From: Minisyncoccota bacterium
Lineage (GTDB): Bacteria > Patescibacteriota > Minisyncoccia > Phycocordibacterales > Phycocordibacteraceae
DNA length: 57,892 nt
Assembly (NCBI GenBank): GCA_022842585.1
Contig: JALHPI010000002.1
Location: 1 to 57,892 of the forward strand
Reading direction: 5' to 3'
The position numbers were made by a program, and so were the translations under genes. The notes beneath the pieces are model-generated. The model was not told the DNA's origin. It saw only the letters and a program-made list of their open reading frames with translations, and did not search any database. Shown here one piece after another: positions 1 to 8,675 of this stretch (positions are counted from its first letter, which is position 1; every line of letters starts with the position of its first letter).

Positions 1-813
1 ATCATAGAAATAATTGGGCCGGAGTCTTCCGGAAAGACCACACTCGCACTCCACGCGATTGCAGAAGCGCAGAAGAAAGGCGGCGTGTGCGCGTTCGTGG
101 ATGCCGAGCATGCACTTGACCCTGAATATGCGCGCAAAATCGGTGTGAGGCTCCAGGAGCTTCTCATCTCCCAGCCGGACACGGGAGAACAAGCACTTGA
201 AATCGTGGAATCTTTGGTGCGCTCGAATTCAGTTGATATCGTCGTCGTCGACTCGGTAGCTGCCCTTACCCCGAAAGACGAAATCGAGGGAGACATGGGC
301 TCCGCCCAGATGGGAAAGCAGGCGCGCCTCATGTCTCAGGCACTTCGCAAACTCACCGCTATCACCGCAAAATCGAAGACCATCATCATCTTCATCAACC
401 AAATCCGCATGCAGATAGGCGTGATGTTCGGAAACCCTGAGACCACGACCGGCGGAAAAGCGCTCAAGTTCTATACCTCGGTACGTCTTGATATCCGACG
501 AATCGCCCAGATAAAGAAAGGTGAAGAAATCGTGGGCGGCCGCGTACGCGTGAAGGTGGTAAAGAACAAAGTCGCCGCCCCATTCAAAACGACGGAGTTC
601 GACCTTCTCTACAATGAGGGCATCAGCCGCGAGGGCGAACTCTTAGCACTTGGCGAGAAGTACGACATCATCCAGAAGTCGGGCTCCTCGTATAAGTTCG
701 GAGAAATTGCGCTTGGTCGTGGGTACGACGCATCCCGTACGTTCCTTAGAGAGAACAAGCCTGTCGCAAACGACGTGCTGAAGCTTATAAAGGAGAAACT
801 TGCGGAACAATAA
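1..813 (+). CDS. recA: Recombinase RecA (5' end cut by window edge)
   Basis: Frame 1 is open from base 1 ([28 protein letters not shown]; Walker A GPESSGKT). ORF track 85..813 is the downstream part. Canonical RecA core. Confidence 0.97.
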   Translation: MIEIIGPESSGKTTLALHAIAEAQKKGGVCAFVDAEHALDPEYARKIGVRLQELLISQPDTGEQALEIVESLVRSNSVDIVVVDSVAALTPKDEIEGDMGSAQMGKQARLMSQALRKLTAITAKSKTIIIFINQIRMQIGVMFGNPETTTGGKALKFYTSVRLDIRRIAQIKKGEEIVGGRVRVKVVKNKVAAPFKTTEFDLLYNEGISREGELLALGEKYDIIQKSGSSYKFGEIALGRGYDASRTFLRENKPVANDVLKLIKEKLAEQ

Positions 814-843
814 ACCCGCACCCTTTTGAAAAGGCGCGGGTTT
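812..843. terminator. Bidirectional hairpin between convergent recA and small ORF
   Basis: AAACCCGCACCCTTTT-GA-AAAGGCGCGGGTTT, a GC stem flanked by A- and T-runs. Confidence 0.7.
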
Positions 844-863
844 ACCATGATTGAGTTCCCAGA

Positions 864-1037
864 CTATCGGTCGTCGTCGGCAAAGTAGGAATCAGTATCC
901 GGTTCGCTACGCGAACCGAGCGTCTGATTATTCTGGCATTCTTGTGCCTGAATAGTATTACATCCGCCTCCTTCGACTACGAGCCCACAATGGGCACATG
1001 TCGGTTGCTGGGTTCGATCACTCGTTTGGTGTGCCAT
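864..1037 (-). CDS. Small Cys-containing hypothetical protein (57 aa) with acidic tail
   Basis: Internal ATG of ORF 864..1115 preceded by AAAGGGG 7 nt upstream. MAHQTSDRTQQPTCAHCGLVVEGGGCNTIQAQEC...SYFADDDR. No recognised family. Confidence 0.3.
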   Translation of the reverse strand: MAHQTSDRTQQPTCAHCGLVVEGGGCNTIQAQECQNNQTLGSRSEPDTDSYFADDDR

Positions 1038-1117
1038 AGACAACCCCTTTGTGCTTGCCAGATGCATGTACCTGCACGGCCTCATGAAGATAGGCGTACT
1101 GTTGCCTACTGTCAAAC

Positions 1118-1146
1118 TTGAAAAAGCAGGGTCCTTTCGCTATCAT
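1118..1146 (+). promoter_or_regulatory. Sigma70-like promoter upstream of efp
   Basis: TTGAAA-N17-TATCAT, 36 nt upstream of the efp ATG. Confidence 0.5.
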
Positions 1147-1181
1147 TCCCCTACTAGCGCCTCAGGGCATTTTTTATTTTT

Positions 1182-1757
1182 ATGGCCATACTCTCATACA
1201 ACGAAATCGTCCAGAAGAAAGTCATCGTCTACAACAACGAGCCGTATAAGGTCCTCTCCTCCCACGTCTTCCGCATGCAACAGCGTAAGCCGGTGAACCA
1301 GACCAAGCTCCAGCACCTTGTCTCCGGCAAGGTTATTGAAATCTCGTTCCATCAGAACGAAAGTGTGCCGGAAGCCGATATCGAACGCATGGCCGCTACC
1401 TACCTCTACACGAACAAAGATGAGAGCTGGTTTTGTGAAGACGGAAACCCAAAAAACCGCTTCTCCTTCCCTGAAGAGGTCGTGCACGAAAAAGTGCAGT
1501 GGTTGAAGCAGAACTCCGCGGTTGAATGCCTTGTCTTCGATGAAAAACCGGTCACGCTTGAAATACCTATCAAGATGGATTTGAAAGTCACTGAGGCGGC
1601 TCCTGCAGTCAAGGGCGATACGGTGTCGGGCGGGAGCAAGCAGGTAACGCTTGAAAGCGGTGCAACTGTACAGACTCCCCTCTTCATCAACGAAGGTGAT
1701 GTGCTACGCATTAATACGGAGAGCGGCGAGTACGTGGAACGCGTTTCTAAGGCATAA
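1182..1757 (+). CDS. efp: Elongation factor P
   Basis: 191 aa, EF-P fold signature (KPVNQTKLQHLVSGKV, C-terminal OB domains, GDVLRINTESGEYVERV). Confidence 0.95.
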   Translation: MAILSYNEIVQKKVIVYNNEPYKVLSSHVFRMQQRKPVNQTKLQHLVSGKVIEISFHQNESVPEADIERMAATYLYTNKDESWFCEDGNPKNRFSFPEEVVHEKVQWLKQNSAVECLVFDEKPVTLEIPIKMDLKVTEAAPAVKGDTVSGGSKQVTLESGATVQTPLFINEGDVLRINTESGEYVERVSKA

Positions 1758-1767
1758 GCATACAAAC

Positions 1768-1794
1768 AAAAAACCGCCCCAGGGGCGGTTTTTT
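1768..1794. terminator. Bidirectional intrinsic terminator (efp / rpsR convergent)
   Basis: AAAAAACCGCCCC-A-GGGGCGGTTTTTT. Confidence 0.85.
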
Positions 1795-1810
1795 GTGTAC
1801 CTCACTTCGC

Positions 1811-2017
1811 TTATGCGGAGAGGTATGGGAGAAGCGCCATGTAGCGGGCGCGCTTGATTGCAAGAGCAATCTGGCGCTGCTTGTCGGAGGCAATGCCAGT
1901 GCGCTTCTTCGGGAGGATTTTCGCGTGCGGATTCATGAACTGACGAAGGTAGGCTACATCCTTGTAGTCTACGAACTTCTTGTTCTCGATTTCCTCGCGT
2001 TCTGATTGATATGCCAT
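1811..2017 (-). CDS. rpsR: 30S ribosomal protein S18
   Basis: 68 aa, FVDYKDVAYLRQFMNPHAKILPKKRTG...IKRARYMALLPY is the S18 signature. Confidence 0.95.
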   Translation of the reverse strand: MAYQSEREEIENKKFVDYKDVAYLRQFMNPHAKILPKKRTGIASDKQRQIALAIKRARYMALLPYLSA

Positions 2018-2053
2018 AGTTCCCCTAAGTTACCTTAGTACCTGCTTGCTGTC

Positions 2054-2322
2054 AAAAAGGTCCGGGTATCGCTTGCGCGACCCGGACCCTCTTGCATACC
2101 TCCCCCAATCCTTTCGGCTCAGGTTCGCAGGCGTAGCAAGGCCTCCTCTACCGCTTCCCTTACGGAAGCCTACAGCTTCGGTTCTCAAGTCCGGGGCCAC
2201 CCACCGCTGAGAATTAGGCACCTTAGCTGGTAGTCCGGATGTGTAGGGGTCACTGTGGAAGTTCCCCCAAACGATACACATCCTTTCGGATCCAATTGGA
2301 TTGGAACCTTTCAAGGAGCGCT
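2054..2322 (-). ncRNA. Candidate structured RNA (~270 nt) between ssb and rpsR. Either a stand-alone ncRNA or a long attenuating leader of rpsR. Class unknown.
   Basis: Own promoter-like motif (2329-2357). Several GNRA-capped hairpins (ATCC-GAAA-GGAT, GCTTCC-GTAA-GGAAGC, CGC-GCAA-GCG) and a 9-bp stem GGATGTGTA/TACACATCC. Ends in GGTCCGGGT...ACCCGGACC + TTTTT (2054-2088). The overlapping ORFs look non-coding. Confidence 0.4.
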
Positions 2323-2328
2323 TTGCCT

Positions 2329-2357
2329 ATACTAGCCACACCTGTCACGCACAGCAA
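2329..2357 (-). promoter_or_regulatory. Sigma70-like promoter just downstream of ssb stop
   Basis: Minus strand reads TTGCTG-N17-TAGTAT. Confidence 0.45.
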
Positions 2358-2369
2358 GCGTCGCGAACA

Positions 2370-2831
2370 CTAGAATGGAATATCCTCTGGGTTTATCTCC
2401 TCATCCGGATACTGGATAGCGTCTCCATCATCCTTTGGCGACGACTGGCTCGCATCCCTGCTCTCCGAACGCCCTCCGCCATCATAAGAGCCTCCGCCAG
2501 CCCCAGGAGCAGAAGCGCCGAACTGGAACGTATCCGCCACAATTTCGGTGCGGTAGTTCTTCTTGCCGTCCGTCTCCCAGGAACGGGTCTGGATGCGGCC
2601 TTCCACATAGATAGCCTTCCCTTTCTTCATATACTGTCCAATGACATCCGCCGTACGGCCGAAGGCGACGACGTTATGGTATTCAGTCTGCTCTTTCTTG
2701 GCACCATCCTTGTCTTTATAGACGCGATTCGTTGCGATACTAAAATTCACGACGTTTTGTCCTGAAGGGAGTGCCTTCAATTCAGGGTCACGGGTAAGGT
2801 TTCCGTAGAGCTGCACTTTATTTAAATACAT
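2370..2831 (-). CDS. ssb: Single-stranded DNA-binding protein
   Basis: Internal ATG (MYLNKVQLYGNLTRDPELK...) of ORF 2370..3047. OB fold, Gly-rich linker, acidic tail ending DIPF. Confidence 0.93.
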   Translation of the reverse strand: MYLNKVQLYGNLTRDPELKALPSGQNVVNFSIATNRVYKDKDGAKKEQTEYHNVVAFGRTADVIGQYMKKGKAIYVEGRIQTRSWETDGKKNYRTEIVADTFQFGASAPGAGGGSYDGGGRSESRDASQSSPKDDGDAIQYPDEEINPEDIPF

Positions 2832-2917
2832 AGGCTTTGATTTATTACGTTTAAGAAGCGAGGCCAGGCGCCGAAACCGGCTTTCCCGACACGCTTCCTC
2901 TAGTATACCCCTTTGGT

Positions 2918-2963
2918 AAATCAAGCAAAAACCCGCCTTTCTGGCAGGTTTTTGCTTGATTTT
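2918..2963. terminator. Long (~20 bp) hairpin downstream of rpsF/family A copy
   Basis: AAATCAAGCAAAAACCCGCC-TTTCT-GGCAGGTTTTTGCTTGATTT. No separate U-tract beyond the stem. Confidence 0.45.
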
Positions 2964-2977
2964 AACTCTAAGCCTTC

Positions 2978-3061
2978 GCCTGATTTTTGCGAAGAGAGTC
3001 CGTGCAAAAATCATGCATAAGTGTCCGTCCTTTTGTACTTCGTACAAAAGGACTCCCCTTA
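2978..3061 (-). repeat. Family A structured repeat, copy 1 (84 nt, overlaps rpsF stop codon)
   Basis: Same length as 21699-21782. 45/49 identical in the first 49 nt (+ strand), then a 12-bp/3-nt-loop hairpin of unrelated sequence, then shared TCCCCTTA. Confidence 0.8.
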
Positions 3062-3547
3062 GACCCCAACCTCTTTCAGAGCAGCGTCGATTTCAGCATC
3101 TGAAACCTCTTCTACTTCTTCAGGTTCCATCTTTGCGAGGAGTTCGCTCATTTCTGCAGAGTGCTTCGCTTCTTCCTTGGTGGTGCGGATGTCGAGGAAA
3201 CGGAACACGCGCTTGTCTGCACCAATCGTTTCAGCAACTGATGCGTGTCCTGCGCCGGTCGTTTCGTACGCAATCCATGCAAAGAAGCTTGAATCGAAAT
3301 CCCTGCGACCAGTCGTTTCTCCGCGAGAGATGGTGTATGCAAGAGGAATCTTCTGAGGTTCGCCTTCAGCGACGATAGAACCTACTGATTCGATCTTGGC
3401 GCGCATAGCCTGATACACTTTCTTTGCTTCCTCTACCGGAAGTTCGCAGTCAATATGAAAAGCGAGCTCGTATACGCGAGCTTCTGCGTGGTCTGCATCC
3501 ATTTCCTCGGGCATAGCGCCCTCTGCGTCTTTCTTAGCCATAGTCAC
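3059..3547 (-). CDS. rpsF: 30S ribosomal protein S6 (with acidic C-terminal extension)
   Basis: 162 aa, YELAFHID...QKIPLAYTI...FAWIAYE core typical of S6. Part of the rpsF-ssb-rpsR order. Confidence 0.88.
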   Translation of the reverse strand: MTMAKKDAEGAMPEEMDADHAEARVYELAFHIDCELPVEEAKKVYQAMRAKIESVGSIVAEGEPQKIPLAYTISRGETTGRRDFDSSFFAWIAYETTGAGHASVAETIGADKRVFRFLDIRTTKEEAKHSAEMSELLAKMEPEEVEEVSDAEIDAALKEVGV

Positions 3548-3585
3548 GCCATCCTAGCATAGGCCCGTAGGCCCCGCAAACACGC

Positions 3586-4377
3586 CTACCCTAGGCGAAA
3601 TGCTCGTTTGGCATTTGTAAGCAGTGCCTCCCGAATCGTCTCCTCATCCTCTCCCCTGATTACCGCCATAGCCGACACGACAGAGCGGACCGCAAGCGGG
3701 TCGTTCCGCTTCCCGCGATTTGGGGCCGGAGCGACATACGGCGCATCGGTTTCTGAAAGCAGGTTTGCACGTGGGATAAAACGCACAACGTCGTCATAGT
3801 CGTGGGTAAAGGTAAGGACCGCCGTATAGGAAAAGGTGAACCCAAGCTCCAAATAGAGTTTCGTGGTCTCGATGTCACCGACATAAAAATGCATAGTACC
3901 TTGTAGGCGGTCACCATACTTCGCTTTCGCATCTTTTAGCATCTCGTATGCGTCCAGATACGCATCCATTGAGCCCTTTGAAGGGCGGGCATGAATCATC
4001 AGCGGCTTATCAACTTTTGCGGCAAGTTCAATATGGCGAGCAAAGACATCCTTCTGCCGTGCCTTTTCTGCCTCCGGATTCTCCGGTCTGAAGAAGTCGA
4101 GCCCGCACTCCCCTATCGCGACCACTTTCGGATCTTTCGCGAGTGCTTCATAGTACGCATCGTCATACCCCTCCTGCGGTTTGTCGTTCGGGTGGAGCCC
4201 TACGGAGGCGAACAGGGTTTTACCATCCGCATAGTGAACGGCAAGCTTTGAAGTCGTACGGTCGGTACCCACGAGTATCCCGCCCACCTGCGCATCCTGC
4301 ATAGCCGCAAAGACCTCGGCGCGGTCGGCGTCATAGGCATCAAACTGGACATGGCAGTGGGAATCAAAGTAGCGCAT
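3586..4377 (-). CDS. TatD-family metal-dependent hydrolase
   Basis: Internal ATG MRYFDSHCHVQF (HxH motif), GECGLDF, SETDAPY motifs. Confidence 0.9.
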   Translation of the reverse strand: MRYFDSHCHVQFDAYDADRAEVFAAMQDAQVGGILVGTDRTTSKLAVHYADGKTLFASVGLHPNDKPQEGYDDAYYEALAKDPKVVAIGECGLDFFRPENPEAEKARQKDVFARHIELAAKVDKPLMIHARPSKGSMDAYLDAYEMLKDAKAKYGDRLQGTMHFYVGDIETTKLYLELGFTFSYTAVLTFTHDYDDVVRFIPRANLLSETDAPYVAPAPNRGKRNDPLAVRSVVSAMAVIRGEDEETIREALLTNAKRAFRLG

Positions 4378-4612
4378 TGTGGGGAAACGATAGCACAGTA
4401 CTACACGTATACGGGGAGCGACTTTCATCGCGGCCCGCTCTGGTTTATGTAATCCGGTATCCCGCCGCCTTCATTTTTCGTATTGCACGATCAATGACGC
4501 GACGCACAACGTTTCTTCGATGAAGGTCATGGTGCTTTTCCCTTTCGGAACACGTACTCAAGACCCCACCTACCCTTCGCTATTGGGTAACATTTATTAA
4601 AATAGTCAATAT

Positions 4613-6040
4613 CTACGCCGTGAGGCGGGGAAATAGGTTTTCCGGCTTCTTGTTCGCAAGCACGGCGGCTTTGATGGCTTCAGCCGTATCAGGCATGAAG
4701 GCCTTAAGGAAGCGCCCAATCCAATACATCTCGACTGCAAGCTCTCCAATCATCGCCCTCCCCTTTTCCGCATCCACCTTCACCACTTTGTACGGCTCTT
4801 CGGCGGTGATGCGCGCATCGGCATCCTGAATACGACTCCAGATGTAGTCCATACCTTTTTGGAATTCATATCGATCGGAAACGTTCAGGAGTTCCTGCGG
4901 AAGCTCGCGAGGTTCCGGACGCATGACCGGCACTTCCAGATTGTCTTCGGCAAGCTTCATTACCCGTGCGACAAGATTCCCGAGCCCGTTCACTAAGTTT
5001 GCGGTATACCGCTCATCAAGACGCTCCCACGTGACGTCCGAATCTTCTACCGGATGCACATGGCGCAAAAGGAGATACCGGGTCGCATCCGTCCCGTATT
5101 TCTTCACGAGGTCGTACGGACTTATGACGTTCCCGAGAGATTTGCTCATGCGCTGTCCTCCCGAGTTTATAAAGCCGTGATAGAACACTTGGTCGGTATT
5201 CTTTATGTTTGCTGACATGAGCATTGCCTGCCACATAAGCGATTGAAAACGCACCTGATCCTTCCCTGCTACCTGCACGACCTTTCCTTCGTTCCAAAAA
5301 CGCGTAAAGTTCCCTTCTTCTACGGGCCAACCCAGGGTAGAGATGTAGTTCGTGAGCGCATCAAACCAGACGTACATCACTTGATTCTCATCACCCGGAA
5401 CGGGCACGCCCCAGGCGAGCCGCTCCTTTTCGCGTGAAATACTGAAGTCTTCCAATCCGCCCCGTACGAAATTAATTGCTTCTTCGCGTCGCCACTCAGG
5501 CACGATTACCCCTTCGGTCGCAAGATACGCAAGTAACTTTTCCTGGTACTTCGAAAAACGGAAGAAGTAGTTTTCTTCGGTAATCTTTTGGAGTTCTAAG
5601 CTTGGATGGAGCGTGCAATGGCTGTCCTCAAGTTCCCGCTCGGTCTTATAGAGCTCGCATCCGACACAATAGAGACCGGTGTAGCTTTTCTTATAGATAT
5701 CACCCGCAACCATGCACCGGCGCCACATCTCTTCGGCTGCACGAATATGGCCCGCATCCGTGGTACGGATGAACGTATCGTTCGAAAGATTGAGGGCATC
5801 GCCAAGTTTCTTCACTTCGTCTGAATAGTGGTCCACATACGCATGAATGCCCTTCCCTGCCTTTTCTGCCGCTTCCCATATCTTCTGTCCATGCTCGTCC
5901 GTTCCGGTATTAAAAAACACCTCATCCCCCTGAAGCCTCCACATACGTACAAGTGCATCCGCTTGCACGATTTCAAGCGCAAACCCGATATGCGGGTCGG
6001 CATTTACGTACGGGAGTGTGGTAGTAAGGTATCGCTTCAT
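4613..6040 (-). CDS. metG: Methionyl-tRNA synthetase
   Basis: 475 aa, class I HIGH-like PHIGFA and KMSKS (RMSKSLGN). No C-terminal tRNA-binding domain; see the separate CsaA-like gene at 37542. Confidence 0.95.
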   Translation of the reverse strand: MKRYLTTTLPYVNADPHIGFALEIVQADALVRMWRLQGDEVFFNTGTDEHGQKIWEAAEKAGKGIHAYVDHYSDEVKKLGDALNLSNDTFIRTTDAGHIRAAEEMWRRCMVAGDIYKKSYTGLYCVGCELYKTERELEDSHCTLHPSLELQKITEENYFFRFSKYQEKLLAYLATEGVIVPEWRREEAINFVRGGLEDFSISREKERLAWGVPVPGDENQVMYVWFDALTNYISTLGWPVEEGNFTRFWNEGKVVQVAGKDQVRFQSLMWQAMLMSANIKNTDQVFYHGFINSGGQRMSKSLGNVISPYDLVKKYGTDATRYLLLRHVHPVEDSDVTWERLDERYTANLVNGLGNLVARVMKLAEDNLEVPVMRPEPRELPQELLNVSDRYEFQKGMDYIWSRIQDADARITAEEPYKVVKVDAEKGRAMIGELAVEMYWIGRFLKAFMPDTAEAIKAAVLANKKPENLFPRLTA

Positions 6041-6049
6041 TAGGAACGG

Positions 6050-7072
6050 TTACGCCTTTTGGCGCTTCTGCAGATCGTTCACGAATTCTTGCACGCAGGC
6101 GGCAATGGGTACCGAAAGAAGCACGCCGAGCATCCCTGCAAGCTGTCCGCCCGCAATAAGGGCAATGATGACGAGGATAGGTGGTACACCGACAATCTTC
6201 TTCACTACAAGCGGATAAATAAGGTGCGCCTGGAACTGGTTCACTATCAAGTAGAGCCCTGAGACAATTGCGACAAGCGTGAGGTCACCGGTCGTAAGCG
6301 CTACTGCGATACCCGGAACGGCTGCGGCAACTGAGCCGAATACCGGAATGAGCTCCATAATGCCCGCAAAGATGGCGAGCAAGAGTGCGTACGGAACGCC
6401 AAGCAGCGAAAGACCGAGATAGAGGAGCACGGTAATGATGAGCGATAGCAGAAGCTGACCCTGCATCCAGAGCCCTATTTTCTTTTGCGAACGCTTCCAG
6501 AGCCCGAGTACGTACTCACGGTGTTGTGCAGGTGTTACCAACCGAAGGAAGTCATCCACGCCCGTTTCCTGAAGGGAGAAGTAGATGGATACGACGATAG
6601 TAAGTACGAAGTAAAATACCCCACCGAAAATGGAGGAGAGGAACTTCAGCACGCCTGCGCCCGTGTTTGCAAACGCGTTCTGGAGCGAGAGGACGGTATC
6701 GGTAAGCGACGGGCCAAGCGAAGCACCCTGGAGAAACGGTAACGAACTCAGGCTACTTACCTGACTTACATACTGAGGAATGACCGCAAGAACGGCGATT
6801 GCTTCCGCGAGCATCGGTGGGACAAAAAACCACACCAACGCGATAAGACAGGCAAGGACTGAGGCATAGACGGAGACGACCGCAAGCGGCCGCGGAAACT
6901 TGTGCTTCATGAAGAACTCAACGCCCGGCTCAGCCGCCGAAGCAATCACAATTGCCGAAAGGAGGAGGAGGACAAGCGTGGAAAGCTGCCAGAGCGCCCA
7001 GACAGCAGCCGCGACGACGACGATGCGAAGGAGGGCTCCGAAGGAGACGGTTATAGTATGCTTTTGCTCCAT
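6050..7072 (-). CDS. AI-2E/PerM (UPF0118) family membrane transporter
   Basis: 340 aa, multi-TM, typical ELIPVFGS and LLSVP motifs. Confidence 0.85.
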   Translation of the reverse strand: MEQKHTITVSFGALLRIVVVAAAVWALWQLSTLVLLLLSAIVIASAAEPGVEFFMKHKFPRPLAVVSVYASVLACLIALVWFFVPPMLAEAIAVLAVIPQYVSQVSSLSSLPFLQGASLGPSLTDTVLSLQNAFANTGAGVLKFLSSIFGGVFYFVLTIVVSIYFSLQETGVDDFLRLVTPAQHREYVLGLWKRSQKKIGLWMQGQLLLSLIITVLLYLGLSLLGVPYALLLAIFAGIMELIPVFGSVAAAVPGIAVALTTGDLTLVAIVSGLYLIVNQFQAHLIYPLVVKKIVGVPPILVIIALIAGGQLAGMLGVLLSVPIAACVQEFVNDLQKRQKA

Positions 7073-7142
7073 TACGCAGATACTAGCATAGAGCGTGTTA
7101 AAAACCCTTCATACGACGTTGCCCTTCGCTCTACGGCAGGTT

Positions 7143-8675
7143 TTACGAACGCAGTTTTTCAAGAAGTTCAGAAATAGCGATACGCTCCTGTGCGCCCGTA
7201 TCGCGGTCGCGGATAGTCACCGTGTTCTTGTGCTCCGGATGTTCCCCGAGCGTATCGAAGTCGATAGTGACGCAGTGCGGGGTGCCTATTTCATCCTGAC
7301 GACGATAACGCTTGCCGATGTTACCGTTATCGTCAAACATGCAGGCGACACCAGCCTTCTTCAAGTCCATGTAGATTTCGCGCGCCTTTGCAACGAGCTC
7401 CGGCTTATTCTTCAAAAGCGGAAATACCGCAACGCGTACCGGCGCGATTGCGGGAGCGAGTTTCAGATACGAGCGCTCTTCCCCACCAAGCTCATCTACC
7501 GTATAGGCGGACGCGAGTATCGCGAGCACGGTACGGTCTACACCAAGCGAGGGCTCTATGACGTGCGGTGTGAAGCGGTCTTCCGCCTTCTCCCCGTCTT
7601 CAAGGTAATTCAAATCAACCTTCGAGGTTTCCGAATGCGCCTTCAGGTCGAAGTCCGTGCGGTATGCAAGTCCCCAGAGTTCCTTCCTGCCAAACGGATA
7701 GTCGAACTCGAAATCGATGGTGCGCTTGCTGTAGTGCGCACGGTCCCCGTCGGCAACTTCCAGCTCGTGGACTTGCGCCTTCGGAAGACCAATAGCATCT
7801 GCAAACGCGTGCATGGTTCCTTGCCACTCCTCAAAGCTCTTCTCCCAGTCAGCCGGACGTACGAAATACTCCACTTCCATCTGCTCAAACTCACGCACGC
7901 GGAATACGAAGTCGCGCGGGGCGATTTCGTTTCGGAACGCCTTGCCTATCTGCGCCATACCAAACGGAAGCTTCGGATGGAACGAATCAATGATGTTCTT
8001 AAAGTTCACGAACATGCCACCTGCGGTTTCAGGACGCAGGTATGAAACAGAGTTTTCGTCTTCCGTTGCACCGACGTAAGTCTTAAACATCATATTAAAC
8101 TTACGTGGCACACCCCACTCTTTCTTTCCGCAAACAGGGCAAGAAACTAGTTTGTTTAAGAATTTCTGTACGTGCGGGCCAACATAATTTTCAAGATCTA
8201 CTTCCTTCAAGGCAAGTTCTTTAATAACAAGCCAGTCAATTTCTTTATCATCATACTTAACTGCTTTTTCTTCTAGTTGTTTTTTTACATCTTCACTTCC
8301 AGTATCAAGGAACCGTTCCCGTACTTGTTTTATTACTTCTTTGTATTGTTTTTCGTCTACAAGTTGATCAACTCTTTGTCGCTTCTTACAACTAAGACAA
8401 TCAACTAAAGGATCCGTGAATCCACCAACGTGACCAGACGCTTCCCACGCTTTCGGGTTCATCAAGATGGCAGCATCCACGCCATACATGTCTTCCCTGT
8501 CGGTGACGAACATCTTCCACCAGAGATTCTTTACGTTGTTTTTTAGTGCAACACCGAGCGGACCATAGTCAAACGTGCCGGCAAGTCCGCCGTATATTTC
8601 GGAACCCGGATACACGAAACCGCGACGCTTCGCGAGCGAGACTATTTCTTCAAGTGTTGTTTCTTTTGTACTCAT
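7143..8675 (-). CDS. glyQS: Glycyl-tRNA synthetase (alpha2 type)
   Basis: 510 aa, RRGFVYPGSEIYGGLAGTFDYGPLG N-terminus, class II motifs, anticodon-binding C-terminus. Confidence 0.95.
   Translation of the reverse strand: MSTKETTLEEIVSLAKRRGFVYPGSEIYGGLAGTFDYGPLGVALKNNVKNLWWKMFVTDREDMYGVDAAILMNPKAWEASGHVGGFTDPLVDCLSCKKRQRVDQLVDEKQYKEVIKQVRERFLDTGSEDVKKQLEEKAVKYDDKEIDWLVIKELALKEVDLENYVGPHVQKFLNKLVSCPVCGKKEWGVPRKFNMMFKTYVGATEDENSVSYLRPETAGGMFVNFKNIIDSFHPKLPFGMAQIGKAFRNEIAPRDFVFRVREFEQMEVEYFVRPADWEKSFEEWQGTMHAFADAIGLPKAQVHELEVADGDRAHYSKRTIDFEFDYPFGRKELWGLAYRTDFDLKAHSETSKVDLNYLEDGEKAEDRFTPHVIEPSLGVDRTVLAILASAYTVDELGGEERSYLKLAPAIAPVRVAVFPLLKNKPELVAKAREIYMDLKKAGVACMFDDNGNIGKRYRRQDEIGTPHCVTIDFDTLGEHPEHKNTVTIRDRDTGAQERIAISELLEKLRS

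Noticed and set aside
2054-2322. Tested the ssb-rpsR structured RNA as RNase P RNA, tmRNA, SRP RNA or a cobalamin riboswitch.
   Set aside because: On the promoter/terminator strand there is no GAGGAAAGUCC/ACAGAA pair, no T-arm + CCA 3' end or tag ORF ending in hydrophobic residues, and no GGAAGCAGC helix-8 motif. The AAGGGAAGCGGT string is not followed by the B12-box/CCCGCCACUG elements. Left as unknown class.
2030-2765. ORFs 2030..2314 (-), 2301..2765 (+) and the N-terminal extension of 2370..3047.
   Set aside because: They cover the structured spacer and the family A repeat. ssb has a clear internal start (MYLNKVQLYGN). The products look like translated RNA-structure sequence.
7095-8045. 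316-aa + strand ORF. Similar long antisense ORFs occur at 13270..13974, 16818..17633, 18456..19124, 45434..46195, 46143..46817, 49149..49904 and 52376..52888.
   Set aside because: Each lies fully antisense within a confidently identified gene (glyQS, ileS, glyA, thyA, polA, pilB, ruvC). Their products are low-complexity and Arg/Ser/Val-rich with no motifs. They are shadow ORFs.
8100-8400. AT-rich stretch inside glyQS that looked like foreign DNA.
   Set aside because: It is in frame and lies between the two Cys pairs (CLSCKK ... CPVCGKK), where alpha2-type GlyRS enzymes normally carry a variable insertion domain. There is no sign of a mobile element.
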